DNA of 64,000 nt from Naegleria gruberi (lineage: Eukaryota), in assembly GCA_000004985.1 (NCBI GenBank), contig GG738889.1. One strand, written 5' to 3'. Shown piece after piece: positions 9,837 to 22,906 of the stretch. Under the pieces are notes generated by a model. It was given only the letters and a program-made list of their open reading frames with translations. It had not been told where the DNA came from and ran no database searches. Each line of letters begins with the position of its first letter. Within the stretch, counting starts at the first letter, position 1. The position numbers and the translations under genes were made by a program.

Positions 9837-12800
9837 TTAATCGCTGTTATTCATGAATGGACCCAAAGCTTCATCATAGGCAAAGGAATAAATTTCTTGC
9901 ATGTCATCATTATCTAGGAATGGCTCAAAGAATGATTCATTTTGAAGAGATGGCTCTGCATTCATATTTGGAACAGGAGAAGCAAGTCCAAAACCTAGAT
10001 TATTTCCCAAATTCAAATTTAAACCGCTACCATTAATCATGTCTTGCCAGTTAATAGTAGGAGGATCTACCATTTGATTTTGAGTTCCCATATTGATAGG
10101 ATTATTACTCTTGTTATTATTCTTTGGATTGGCAATAACTGAGAAAAAGTCCTTGGTATTCTTAACATTTTGGAATTCGGAAAATTCTGAAAGATTGTAG
10201 TGACTAAATATATCATTTGAAAATCCACTCAAAGGATTAGTAGTGGTAGTGCTTCTATTGGATGTATTGGAAACGGTAGGAAGACTACTAGTTGTACTAC
10301 TAGGAGTGGTGCTATTGGTGCTATTAGAACTGCCAATACTGGTGGTTGGAAGAGAGCCAGATGAAAAGTTTTGAGTGAATTGTGGCAAGTCAGTTGGTTG
10401 TTTGCTTCCATCATTCAGAGAGTGAGAAGTGAATAAATTGAGAGCACTCATCAAGTGTTTTCTATTGATAATTTCCTCCATTTCTTGCATAAGTGTTTTG
10501 TGGAAGAGAGAAACTTTCTTATATCTCTTGGAGAGAATGTTCAAGGCTCTCAAATCTTTGGCCAAAATCTCATAATAGTCAACAGTACCAACTCGTGGTT
10601 CCTCACCATAGTTGACTGTTGGTACCATCATTACCTCTGGATTTTGACGTTCTCCAGCCTCAATAGACTTGACGATGTGAAGGTGAACTTTGGCAGCTGC
10701 TGCAACGTGAGCAACAATTGGTGGTGGCACAAAGAGGAATAACTCATTCTCTGTACCAAATGTAATTTTGAGAGCAGACTCTTCAATCAATTCCTTTCCA
10801 CGATTGACAGCACTCAAAATTCCTAATCTAATGCCATGGAATACAATAGTTGATCCCATATCGAAAATCTTCAAGTTTCTTTCACTACCAGTCTTTGTGA
10901 GATGCATTCTTACGATGTGTAAAAGTGTCTCTACAACCTTGATCATTGTGGAATAGTTATTTGGTGTCAAATCTTGCTCGAGTAATGTTCTCCATTCGGT
11001 AGGTATTTGAATACCAAGTGTCTTTTCGAATACATTTGGCCAATCCTTCAAGAGAGAAAGCACACCACTATCATTTGATGAACAGACTTTACAAAAACTT
11101 CTAATCTTTTTGAGATTTTTCTGATAGATTGTCAAATTTTGTTGTTCTTCTTCACTGAGCTCATCAAGGTAAAAGTTAACAGACTGTAAATAGTATTTGG
11201 CAGTCTTTAGTCTTCCACATCCTGACTCGTAGATGCACATGAATGCATAACAACAACTCACGTAAAAATTTGAATGTTCATCAAAGAATTTGGATAGAGC
11301 TTCTCTAGCTTTTTTCATTGTTTCTTCAGCTAAATCTGAAAGACCAGTTCTTTGCTCGCAAATGGCCTTAATAGCTAAAAACATGGCATATACTTCCTTC
11401 TTGTTTGGCATGATATCATTTCCTTCAGTAATAATTTCTTCATCGTCATCCTTTGAGTTATTTGACTTAGAAGAGAGATATCCTTCAAAGTCTTTTCTTT
11501 CAATTACTGGCATACCATTACCAAAAATGTTAAAGTACAAATCTAGTACCTTTCTCTTGTCAAGATGTTTTTCTGGTGTTTTGGCAATATTTCCATAGGG
11601 TGTTTCAGATGATAAAATGTTTGCCAACAACTTGGTTGTGCTTGAATGAAGAGGTTTCACTCCAGCATTAGTAGTATTGAAGATACACATGTTCATTTCG
11701 GAAATTCTTCTAACATCAACATCTGCCATTTGAGGTGCTGTATTTGTTGAAATTCTGTCCAATTCTGGAGGGTTCATTGAAACTCCTTCCCATGATGGTA
11801 GAGATGAAGCAATGTCCCTATTGCTTTGGTCACCTTCAGTAGATGTTTTTGGTTTGGCTGTTCTTCCCTTTTTTCTTGGGATTTTATATTCACAATTTAC
11901 TCCTCTCGAAACACATTTTGAACAGGCTGGTAATTTCCTATCCTATAATTTCAAAATTCAATATTATAATCCAAATATGATAAGAGATATCAAAAGTTAG
12001 TACTCCAAATAATTGTTTAAATACTAATACGTACACATCTTTTGTGTAGACGACGGCATTGTACACAAGCTATTGGATGGAATAAACCTCCACTCTCATC
12101 TCCTTCCATTTGCATCTCCTCATCTTCATCAGATTCTGGAGCAACTGGTTTTTTCTTCTTCTTTTTCTTTGATTCTTCTACGTGTTGTCCATTACTTCCA
12201 CTACTACTCGAAAGGGATGATGAGGATGTTGGTGATGTCATTGGTAGGTTGTTGTTGCTGCTACTTGTAATATGATTATTAATATTATTCAGCAAGGTTG
12301 AAATCTTGTCCGAAGATGCTGATTTTGATATTTGTTGATTGGCATTTGCTGATGTTGTGTTGTTTGTTCCTGCTGATGAATTACCCAAGAGTGAAGAAGA
12401 ACTTGTTGATGGTGCTAATAAACCTCCCTTGTTCTGGTTTGGCAATCCAAGTTGTTCCAAATAGTAAGAGAGTGAATCTGCCAGAGGTGTTGATGCTGGT
12501 GGAAGGGGTGAGACAAATGCTGATGGATTGGTGCTATTGCTATTTGAGGAGGAACTTCCTGGAGTATTTACATTGGCTGACATTGCATTCAGGAGGTTGT
12601 TATTGCTATTGGTATTGTTGTTATTGCCAGAGAAGAGTCGTTGATAGTAGTGTGCCATTTCGTCGGAAGCCATCGTAGATGTGGATCCATCCAATAAATT
12701 AAATAGAGAAGGTTGATTGGTGGCACCACCTTGTTGCTTTTCGAATTGGTGTAGGAAGTGAAGAGCATTGGAGGTGTTGGAGGATTGGAAGGCAGATTGT

Positions 12801-12937
12801 GGCCCTTGGTATCGTAAATTATAAAGGTTGTTATTGCTCTCGCTATTATTCTGTTGTTGTTGTTGTGAATGTTGTTGGTGGTTGTTGTTATTGCCATTGC
12901 TACCACCTTGGCCAGGGTAGGTTGTTTGTTTGGGCAT
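9837..12937 (-). CDS. GAL4-type Zn(II)2Cys6 binuclear-cluster transcription factor, two exons: complement(12035..12937) and complement(9837..11942). About 1002 aa, with a long C-terminal regulatory region.
   Basis: Exon 1 (ATG at 12937) encodes a poly-N/Q/S-rich N-terminus, a K7 basic run, an acidic patch, and then HPIACVQCRRLHKRC. It ends at a GTACGT donor. The intron is 92 nt (12034..11943), contains a TACTAAC branch-point match, and ends TATAG. Exon 2 continues in frame with DRKLPACSKCVSRGVNCEYKIPRKKGR... This completes the motif C-X2-C-X6-C-X6-C-X2-C-X6-C. Exon 2 runs 55 codons into the 646-aa ORF 9837..11777. Confidence 0.75.
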
Positions 12938-14335
12938 TGTTTTGGGACTGGTATTAGCAATTAAAACGAAAGGATCTTCTTAGATTGGAGATTTTCGTGA
13001 TTGTAGGGGTTGGCGTTGTTTGATGGTTTTGTGTTCTAAGAGGTAGGAAGAAGAATGTGGCTCTCTTGTTGTAGATCGTTTGGAAGATGACAAGATGTTA
13101 TTCTTTCCAAGCAAGGGAGGCGATAACGATTTTTACTTGGGGAGAGAAAGCAAAAAAACTTGTGGTGGTTTGGATAGCGATGTTGTTGTTTTCTTTTTCT
13201 CTTTGAATTCTAAAATTATGCTTACGGCAACAATTGACAAAGATAATAAGTGATGATAGATTGGATATGTTGCTGATGATGATTGATGTTGTTCGAGCAG
13301 ATTTTTGAATGGGTGGATTAACACCATCATATTTGAAGTTGAACAAGAAGTAATAGAAATTTTGATATGAATATTCATGCGAGGATGAAAACACATGAGA
13401 GAGGACAATAAATTGAAGCGTGAGCATAAATGCATGCTGTGCAAAGGAACTGAAAACAAACCTTTGGAAATGAAATATGGAAGGTCACCTTCTCTTTTGT
13501 TCTTTACTCATCACACACGAGAATGGAACCTAAGAGCTTGTCTTGTTTTTTTCTGGATTTCAAAAATAAATTCCTGCAGTATTTCGAAGAAGGCATGAGA
13601 ATCAAACGTTTGAAAAACAAAGTTTTCAACAGCTAATTGCAAATCAATTGACAAGAAAGCATCTTGATGGGCGGCAATAAGAATAGACTCAAAAAGAACC
13701 ACATATTTACCTCAAGATTACTATTGATATTGGATCACTGTGTTTTTCATTAAATTGATAGAGCTCATGTTTAAATGATGAAAACGTGCGCTTCTACTTG
13801 AAATTCCAAGAGGAATAAAGTGCGTTGTTTCATGACCTTGTTGAACCAATCCATCTACTACTGTAGTTGAGTGGTTGATTGTGTTTTCAATTGGGTTTAA
13901 TTTTGGAATATCAAATGCATTTGAATTTGAATACACGTGTTTTTGAGGAAATTCATTAGAATGAAATACGTAAGCAAATGAATACTTGAGTTTACAATAC
14001 AATCATTTTGAGATCCTCATAGGCGACTGTAATGGCGCTAAATAAACTATTAAAGATAAATGCCTTTCCGTTGCTACTTTAACAATGATGTTTGATCCGT
14101 GCGGGTCTTTGCTATTTATAATTGTGTGTTCCCTTTCTATCCAATCATTTTCACACTAAATACCTTATCGACATCTATTTTCAATTGTAAAGTTGATAAA
14201 ATAGAAATTTTAAAAACAACTCAATTTTAAAAAAAAATAGAACCAAACAACTTTCCATTTTTTGAATAGATCTATTTGCATACATTGCCCATACAAAAAG
14301 AAGAATAGCAGGAAAAACACTTAAAAATACAGAGA

Positions 14336-15052
14336 ATGATACCCCTCGGAAAAACCTTACTAATCGGAACGGCATCTTCTCTCCTCGGAGCAGTATGTCT
14401 TGATTATGTGTTATCCAAGCACTACTTTAAGATTGAAACCATCCGAGAGGATACCAATAGAGAACAAGTGATGAAAACATATGCCAGTTTGAAAATACCA
14501 TCTCTCAATATGCAAGAAGTGTCTTTGAATGATAAATTGGAGAATGTTTCAATGCTGGATCGATTCGAATCCAAGTATGGTGAAGAAATCATGCTGATGG
14601 ATCATTATAGAACTTCCATTTCCATTCCAAAAAGTGGTGAATCAATGAGCCAGTTGAACTCAACAGAAATGGCTCAGAGTTTCTACAGCTCACCTCTTTT
14701 CGGTTTGGAAAAGATGATTCTTGCACGAATTGAACCAACTTTTGGAAATTTGGAAAATTCAAAAATTGAAAAGATGAATTTTGACATTGGCGAAAATGTT
14801 TCGATATTTCATGTGATTGAGAAGAAGGATGATGAGATTTTATTGAGAACTCCATGGGGCTCATTATCTTGGATGAAAGTTGTGAGGAAATCAGATAGTG
14901 AATATGAATTGAATTTTGGAAGTGGAATCTTGACGAAAGGTCATTTGGGAAGTAAACCAATGTTTAAGGTTTTGATTCCATTCCATGCTATTTATTCAAG
15001 GTATTTGTTGGCATTTACAAAACGTGGTATTGCTATTAATAAAAAATTGTAA
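14336..15052 (+). CDS. Hypothetical protein, 238 aa, with an N-terminal transmembrane anchor.
   Basis: ATG-initiated ORF (MIPLGKTLLIGTASSLLGAVCLDYV...) with coding-like composition. I recognise no domain. Confidence 0.5.
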   Translation: MIPLGKTLLIGTASSLLGAVCLDYVLSKHYFKIETIREDTNREQVMKTYASLKIPSLNMQEVSLNDKLENVSMLDRFESKYGEEIMLMDHYRTSISIPKSGESMSQLNSTEMAQSFYSSPLFGLEKMILARIEPTFGNLENSKIEKMNFDIGENVSIFHVIEKKDDEILLRTPWGSLSWMKVVRKSDSEYELNFGSGILTKGHLGSKPMFKVLIPFHAIYSRYLLAFTKRGIAINKKL

Positions 15053-15604
15053 ATAACTTTCGAATACAAATTCCAATACAATTAATTGTCTTTAATTGGA
15101 AATGTTTAAAAATAATTGAACATGACATTATAATACCAATTATTTACCACTCAACACCAGTCATACAATAGATATTTATTTCCTAGTCAACCTCACCAAC
15201 CTTTACACCAGTTGTCAATTCTCAATACTAGTTATTTTATTCCTCATATAGCTACTGCACCTTTTTAACGCACGCACCAACAAAGTCCATCACGCACTCT
15301 ACGTAGGCACCTAACCATAATGGACTTCCTTATCTCGTTCCCGTGCAATGGTTGCCTCATGTCAATTAGGAAGGTTTTTCACTGCAGCAACATTGTGCGG
15401 GCGATGAATAAGCAAAAAATCACACGAATAATTCAAGCATGGCATTTGAGCATAGAAATTTACGATTTGAGTTTTAAGAATATTTTTTTCAAATTCTAAA
15501 AAAAAACAACAACAAGGGTGACGAGACTCTTTTTACAAAAGCAGCAAACAAGTTTTTTTCTTTAAAGCTAATTGAGAGGTTGACTAATTGAAAGCCAACA
15601 TTCG

Positions 15605-17429
15605 ATGGAAGATAATATTATACACGAGGCTATTGAAACATTGAACCTTTTTGAACGTACTGATAGTTTAATTGAAGAATTCTTCAATAATAACAGCAAG
15701 GATGACAAGGAGAATGAAACTACAACAAGTATTGTCGATGAAAAGAAGGTGGCGGAAGGAGATGGAAGGATGGATTTGATGATTGAAGACCAATTAAAAT
15801 ACGACTTGCTGGTAGAAATTACAAAGGAAAGAGAACATGAACATACAAGAGTTCCTTCATCACCAGAAGATAAGGAACATGATGCTAATTTGTTTATTCA
15901 TGGATTTGAGGAGAAGGTTCAAAAATTGTTTGATGACATTGTCGATTGTATTGAGGATGAGAATCATCAACATCATTACATTAACAATCAAAAGACAATT
16001 ACTCCAGAAAAGATGAGACTCTTCATGAAAAAGTCCAAGATTTTGGTAGTAGATGGAACTGTGGACGAAATTATGAGATTACATGACACCAGTAAGGATG
16101 GTCACTTGTCATTTGATGAATTCAAGCAATATATGATTGCTCAAGAATTACAATTGAGAAAATTGTTTAATCAAATTGATTTGGATAACTCTGGAGACAT
16201 TGGTATCGGAGAATTGAAGGCAATTTGTAAGAAACTCAAGTTGAAATTGAGTGACAAAGAAATGAAACAAATTATGAAAATGATAGATAAGAACAAGTCA
16301 AATTCCATCTCTTATCAGGGTAAGTAATTTCTGATCGGTGTGTAAATTTACCCAAATATGTAAATCTTAATTGTTGGATTACTGAACTTTCGAATATTTT
16401 AAAATTTTATCAGAATGGTATGATTTTATGCATAGAAAGAAGTTAATCCCTATTCACAATAAGGATGTATCATTGAAAAGTGCTTTCAATATTTTAAAGA
16501 ATGAATGTGAGGCAGATACAGAACATCCAAAGTGGAAATACTTCCTTGCAGGTGGTATGGCAGCTGCTGTTGCAAGAACAGCTGTAGCTCCACTGGAACG
16601 TTTGAGATGTCTCTACCAAATTCAAACTCAAATCACCAAACATAAGAATGGCCAATTTTTGGAATTTCAATCAATCAGGGAGGGATTGAGAGAAATTGGT
16701 AAAGATGGTTACAAAGGACTTTTCAAAGGAAATGGTATGAATGTCATGAAAGCAATTCCAGAGATTGCAGCCAGATCTTACTTTTATGAAATGTTCAAGA
16801 GATGGATCATTTATTACAATGATCACGTACCTGATGCTGTTTCTATTCAAATGCATCAACGTTTTTGTGCCAGTGCATTTGCTGCTATGGCTGCCCAAGC
16901 TCTTATTTATCCATTGGATTCAATCAAGATGCATCTCATGACAAGAGAAAATGTAAATATTAGAGGAATTTTTAGAGATTCCTTAAAAGCTGATGGTTGG
17001 AGACAATTCTACAGAGGATGCACACCAGCAATGATTAGAGTGGGTCTTGACACTGGACTCTACGAAACGTTCAAGAAAATTCACTACACTTATTACAGCA
17101 GTCAAGATATCAATCATGACTATCCATCAATGCCAGCTGTCTTTATGATGGCAACAGCTGCTTGTACAGTTAACCAAGTACTAACTTATCCACTCCAACT
17201 TGTAAGAACTCGTTTGCAAATGCAAAACGTTTTGGAAAGATCTCACATTACTGACATTCACTATAATGGCATGTCAGATGCCTTTAAACAAATTTGGAAA
17301 ACTGAAGGAATTAGAGGATTGTACAGAGGCAGTGTAGTTACATTCTTAAAGAGTGTTCCTACAGTTTCTACAACCTTATTTGCTTTCGAATTTGCCAAGA
17401 GAGAATTTGGTATTTATTCTCAAGTGTAA
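15605..17429 (+). CDS. Calcium-binding mitochondrial carrier (SCaMC/Sal1-like ATP-Mg/Pi carrier architecture). Two exons, 15605..16319 and 16414..17429, about 577 aa.
   Basis: Exon 1 has EF-hand loops DTSKDGHLSFDE, DLDNSGDIGIGE and DKNKSNSISYQE. It ends CAG G followed by GTAAGT. The intron is 94 nt (16320..16413) with a TTACTGAAC branch-like site and a TTTTATCAG acceptor. Exon 2 starts AA TGG TAT GAT TTT ATG CAT..., in frame. It carries three carrier signatures: PLERLR, PLDSIK and PLQLVRTR. Confidence 0.7.
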
Positions 17430-17603
17430 ATTATCGTTAACTTGTGTAAAATAAACAACTATAGCTGAACAAAGAGCTAATTGATTAATTTCACTCATAT
17501 TTCTCTCTACTACAAACAACTAGCTAATTATCATTCCATTCAAATACCAATCAAATAACATAAAAAGACTAAGAATACTATCGAATCTTTATTTACATTG
17601 AGT

Positions 17604-19359
17604 TCATTTTCTTTCCACAAGTCTATACTTGTTAGAACTATCTGGTGACATATTCGGTCTCAATTTGTTTAGTTTGAGAACTTGGTCTGGTCTCTCCAAT
17701 TCAATCTTGTATTTTCTCAATAACGCAATGACAAATGTTTTTTGTTCCATCATCGAAAATTGATTACCCTAATCCAAATTGTGAATTAAATGTTAAAAGT
17801 GAATTCTTTTAAAACTTACAATGCATTTACGAGCACCTGAACCAAATGGAATCCAAGCAAAGGAAGGATATCTCTTTTCCAAGAATCTCTCTGGTTTAAA
17901 TTCCTCAGCATCTTCTCCCCAGACTTCTGGATGCCTGTGAACGCTGTACACACTCAAATTGACAGCAAATCCTTTTGGTATCTTGTAGCCATCAATGACA
18001 GTGGTAGAATTCAAGATTCTTAAAGGAAGTTGAGGAACTGGAGGGAATAATCTGAGATTTTCTTTCAAGACAGCATCTAAATATTTCATATCTTTCACCT
18101 TTTCATAATTATTGAATTGAGTTTCATCTTGATCCAATGGGAATGTTTCAATAATTTCTTGATATAGCTTTTCTTGAACTCTTGGATTGGTTGCCAATGA
18201 ATAAAAGATGAATGCCAAAGCAGCAGCCGTAGTCTCTATATTTAAGTAAATAAACAAAATAATTGAAAAGAAACAACATACCAGTTCCTGCAAGGAAAAA
18301 GACTGAGGTATTATTCTTGATATCTTGAATAGACATTCCATTTCCTTCCTCATCAACAGAGTCAACCATCATTTTGAGAAGGGTATTATTTTGATAATCC
18401 TTCTTATTTTTACAATCTTCAATTAATTCATCGAGGAATGATTGGAAAGCTGCAATATTATTATTCATCTTGATATTTGATTCTATATTCCAATCAGCAA
18501 AATATTTACCAGCAAGGAATCGAACTGGATTGGCAATATTATCCATAACATATTGGTAGGATTTGAGAGCTTTGGCAACCTTTTCAGATTCATTTGTCTT
18601 GGTATGTAATGGAGACAATGCACTAATGGTATTGAAATTGACTCCAAAAACTGTCATGCCCAAAACATCTAGAGCTAATCTTCCAGTCATGTCCGAAGGA
18701 TCAACAATGAGTTCCTTTCCACTCTGGTTCAATTCAGAAAAAACTTGTACAGCTTTGAATGCATTCTTAACAAATGCTCCCATAAATCTTGAAATGTCTT
18801 TAAAGGCAGGATTTACAACAGTTCTTTGCCTTTTCCATTCATCTCCATTTGCAAACACTAAGTTAAGTCCCATAAATTTGTGAATATCTGGTGAGAATAA
18901 TCTGGTATTTTCCTTTTCAATTTCTCTCCAATTCATTGTCAATACTCTTGCAGCACTAGGAGTTGAAAAGACAACATATGGGAATGACATTAAATATCCC
19001 AATAATGGTTGATAATTATGCTTGAGAACAGCTTGTTTGTGAACAACCACAGCAGGATGTTCAGGAGTCATGAAATTATAAGCAATACTCTCCACAGTAT
19101 TCCAAAACAACAACTCCTTAATAGGCTTTGGTTGAGGTGTTTTAAAAATTGGTTTAGCCTCCTTATTGTCCTCACTCGGAATCCCAGTATTTTCTCCACC
19201 AATCTTCTCATCATTATCATTAATATCATGTTGTTCCTCCTCAACTTTTACAACTTTAATCTTCCACTTGTTAGCTTCCTCCTTCCGAGCAATATAAAAA
19301 TAAGTACCAACAACAAGGCACACCACAAGACCCAAAACACTCAAGACACTCGACCACAT
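17604..19359 (-). CDS. Cytochrome P450 (microsomal, N-terminal membrane anchor). Three exons: complement(18282..19359), complement(17820..18235), complement(17604..17768). About 552 aa.
   Basis: Splicing joins I-helix FFLAGT/ETTAAALAF across a 46-nt GTATGT...ATATAG intron (18281..18236). The heme loop FGSGARKCI/GNQFSMMEQ is joined across a 51-nt GTAAGT...GATTAG intron (17819..17769). Other marks: ExxR/PERF-like region (KENLRLFPPVP; PERF) and ATG at 19359 (MWSSVLSVLGLVVCLVV). Without the introns the two track ORFs (18148..19359 and 17793..18365) end in unrelated peptides. Confidence 0.75.
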
Positions 19360-19710
19360 CTTCCGAATCAGTTTTTGATATTTCTTCTTCTTGAATTTAC
19401 TTTTTTCAAAGCGTTGAGCTTTTTGTTATTTTTTTTTAATGTTTTTTATGAACTGTTTTTGGATTTTTTATAGTAATTGGTGAAAATGGCGGGGTGCTGC
19501 TGACTAATATGGTGATTTGGTCGCCACTATGGAATGCATAGTTGAGATTCGATTTTGTTGTTGACTTGTTGGAATGTTATTAGAAAGGTTTGGAATAATC
19601 AAACTATCTGTTGTTGTAATACGGTTTTCATGAAATGTTGTTGGTTGACCTGTTGTTATCTTTTATTCACTTCCAGTTTTCAGTCGAACTGAAAATTTGA
19701 ATCAAAAAAA

Positions 19711-20994
19711 ATGAAAAGACGCGCCAATAAGAAATCCACATCTTCTTCCTCGAAGAAAACCAAACTCGAAGTGGCAACAGAAAATGATTCTAACACCACC
19801 ACAAATATTGTAGTGTCGACAGAAAGCGCTCCGAATAGCAAAGAAGAAAATCAAATGGTTGATGATTTTAATCCTGATTTGTATTGTGTAGAAGAATTAA
19901 TTCAAGAATTTGATCGGGTAGATTCGGAAATTGTTGAATTGGAGAGGAGAAGACAGGAAGTGTTGAGAATATTGAAGAAACATCCATCTACTCGAATTAA
20001 ATATTCAACTGTGAATAGATGGGAAAAAACCAAGGAAATGATTGCTGGATCACAATTTCATAATGTGAGTGCTGATTGTTTGGGAATTATCTTGTCTTTT
20101 ATTTATGGAAAGGAACTGTTGGATGTTGAATTGGTCAAGAAGATTAGTTCTCTTTCCACTAATTTCAATAAGGGTCTCTTGCACTATACACCATTCGTTC
20201 TGACCTTGAATAGGGAAATTAAAAGTTTTAAAGAGGATGCCATTCCAGAATTTAATAGTTTGTACGGTATTGAATTCGCTCCATATTCAGAGAATTTAAA
20301 AATTGTCGAATTGCTAATGAAGAAAGCAAACTATTCCATCGAGTATTTGTCTGTTCGGTGCGATATCACCAATACTGTGTTTCCAACATTTTCCAAACAA
20401 GTTCAAGAATCTGTTCAAGTATTGAAATATATTGAGAGCCACAACCAAACTCGAGGAAAACTCGATTTATCTTCATTCTCCTCACTCAAAGATGTGTACA
20501 TTGCCAAATTGAGATCAGCTGCAGCTGTAATTACCTTCCCTTCGAATACTCTTTCCAGACTTTCATTTTCTTTCCCCCATTGTGGAAGTGATCTTAAGAT
20601 TAGTCAATTATTTGGTGTATCAGAACACTTGACTCTATGTTTACCAAACTGTGCCAAAGCTGCAAATAATATTTCAGATTCGAATGCTAAGGAGCATTTC
20701 GCCAGTTCAACACAATCCAAAACCAAAACCTTTACATTTATTCGATTCAAGAGCAATTCCAAGAAACCAGATCTAATGGAACGTCTCACTACTGAAACGA
20801 CATTTTACAGTAGAAATGTGAGGGGAGATGCTGAGTCACAAGATAAACACTCTACAACCTCAACAATTTCAGATATCACAAACAAATTAGAGAAGGAATT
20901 TAACATTCCTTTAGAAGTTGTTACTGGCATTAAATCGACAACACTCTTGAGTGACCGATATATTGAAAAATTCACTCGGGCAATATTAGAATAA
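19711..20994 (+). CDS. Hypothetical protein, 427 aa, with a basic Ser/Lys-rich N-terminus (possible nuclear protein).
   Basis: ATG-initiated single ORF (MKRRANKKSTSSSSKKTKLE...). No domain recognised. Confidence 0.5.
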   Translation: MKRRANKKSTSSSSKKTKLEVATENDSNTTTNIVVSTESAPNSKEENQMVDDFNPDLYCVEELIQEFDRVDSEIVELERRRQEVLRILKKHPSTRIKYSTVNRWEKTKEMIAGSQFHNVSADCLGIILSFIYGKELLDVELVKKISSLSTNFNKGLLHYTPFVLTLNREIKSFKEDAIPEFNSLYGIEFAPYSENLKIVELLMKKANYSIEYLSVRCDITNTVFPTFSKQVQESVQVLKYIESHNQTRGKLDLSSFSSLKDVYIAKLRSAAAVITFPSNTLSRLSFSFPHCGSDLKISQLFGVSEHLTLCLPNCAKAANNISDSNAKEHFASSTQSKTKTFTFIRFKSNSKKPDLMERLTTETTFYSRNVRGDAESQDKHSTTSTISDITNKLEKEFNIPLEVVTGIKSTTLLSDRYIEKFTRAILE

Positions 20995-21210
20995 TTGAAA
21001 AGAATGCATGTTCACTGCATGAATCGTGAAGTTTCCAATATAAATATCATGTCATGTGGAATTTGGAATAATTTTACTTCATGAATTTGTATGACGAATC
21101 GATTCAGTCGATTAGGCAACGAACTCAAATGTCAACTTTCATATTTTCGATTTGTTTAGAAATACTAACATGATGTTATCAGTTTAAGAAACTTTTCAAC
21201 ACGCGAAAAA

Positions 21211-22852
21211 ATGCCAAGCACGAGTATTGATATTGTAGCCTTCTCGATTCTTATCAATCCAACACTCACCAATACAACAGCAGACTCAATTTCGAATAGT
21301 AGCTCTAGGCTTTCGTTAAGATTCTCCTCATCAGGTTCTTCATCAAGTGGATCAAATCCTAATCTCAGAGCAAGTACTTCACAAGGCTCACTCATGGAAC
21401 TCTCCATCTCCAAGAAGCCTATAGAATCACAATTAGAATGGATAGGTTGGTTAAAGAAGGCTTTCCTCGGTTTTGTTGAGAAGAAAGTTCACAAATCAAT
21501 GGAAATGGAGTTGAAAATATTATTCCTTGAGCACTTTTTGAATCCACTAACAGAGAAGGTAGCCTGGAAAACGAGAAGTGAAGTGCTTTCCATGTTGAAT
21601 TTATTTTGTGAACTTGTATTGGAATGGATGGTACCTTTCGAATGGATTGAAATTGAAAAGACGAAAGATGTCAAGAACTTGAATTATTATACACAACAAT
21701 TAGCCTTGATTTTAGAGAAGGCTAACTTGTTTGAACATGAATATTTGAAAGATTTCATTCACAATCAAGCTAAACTGACAAGTTCTTCTTCCATGCAAGA
21801 AGAAATAGAAGAATCCGAAACTATTGATGAGGTGAAACTAATCTGCTCAATGTTTTTCCTGGAACTCTCTGATTGGTTCAATGAATTTGAGTTCACAAAT
21901 AGAAAAAAGATTAACAAGTGGTTTGCTAAAGGACTCCAATCTGACATTATTCCAAAATATGTAATCAAGATTTACAAGACGAAACGAGATAAGTTATCAA
22001 AGGCCAATGAAGAATTCATATTCAAAGAAGATGATTTAAATCAAAAGCATGTGATTGCATCTGACTGGAATTATACAAATTTCATTGGGAAAGAACATTC
22101 CACAGAGTGGACCCTTACTTATTCGAGATGTCCTGAAACTTCCATGTGGATTTCATCGGTTGACCGTTCGAGTGACAAGTTGGGATTGAAAACTCTCAAA
22201 TCTGTAGGATATTTAGACACCTCAGTTGCAAAGATTACGAAAGCAACTTGTAGTGATGCTCATTTCCATCAATTTTTCAAAGAAGCAAGGTTTCATGATT
22301 ATTCCTCGATTGATAAATCTCATTCCCAGAAGAAATATCCATTAGTGTTCATGTCTAATATCTTTAAGTTTGGCCCAATGTTTAGCACTAGAGAACTCCA
22401 TTTGGTTTACTCAACTTTGGCCAAGTTTCAATCAGACAAGATGGTTGAGAGTTGCATTTTGTTTAAATCTCGTGATTATGTTTATGTAAGTAAGGATGTT
22501 TTAAAAGCTAACACAAATGTAATAGGGTTTGAATGAGGAAAATAAGAAACTGATCAAAGTGCCAATGATTGGGGCAAGATTGTATTATATGGTCGATAAG
22601 AATCGTGTAAGATATGTCGAATACAGAACTCTCAACTCTGGAGGTCTGTTAAATTCAAATCTTGTATTGTACAACAAAATGGCTGCAAAAAAAACCGTGG
22701 ATGATATTCTTTCAGCTATTCAAAAATCAGAAACTGACTCTAACCAATACAAGAATGGAATTAATCCAAGTAATGATAATTTATCTAGACTGTTGCATAA
22801 CTATTGTAAAGAGTATTGCAACATTGATTTAGAAAATACTGAAATATCATAA
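21211..22852 (+). CDS. Hypothetical protein with a Ser-rich N-terminus and a possible START/Bet-v1-like lipid-binding C-terminal half. Two exons, 21211..22485 and 22526..22852.
   Basis: The 441-aa ORF and the following 107-aa ORF overlap at 22529-22536 in different frames. A 40-nt intron (22486..22525; GTAAGTAAG...GCTAAC...TAATAG) joins ...SRDYVY to GLNEENKKLIKV... in frame. The domain call is weak. Confidence 0.5.
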
Positions 22853-22906
22853 TTTACACACCTCTGTAAAATACACTATAATGTACATTAGTATTGCTGT
22901 TGGTAT

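Noticed and set aside
12042-12960. Plus-strand and alternative-frame ORFs overlapping the poly-N/Q exon of the Zn2Cys6 gene.
   Set aside because: Antisense or shadow ORFs from low-complexity codon repeats (AAT/CAA and others).
15241-15420. Relatively GC-rich intergenic patch upstream of the carrier gene, considered as a possible snRNA or ncRNA.
   Set aside because: No match to conserved snRNA or snoRNA boxes that I can recognise. It is more likely promoter or 5'-UTR sequence.
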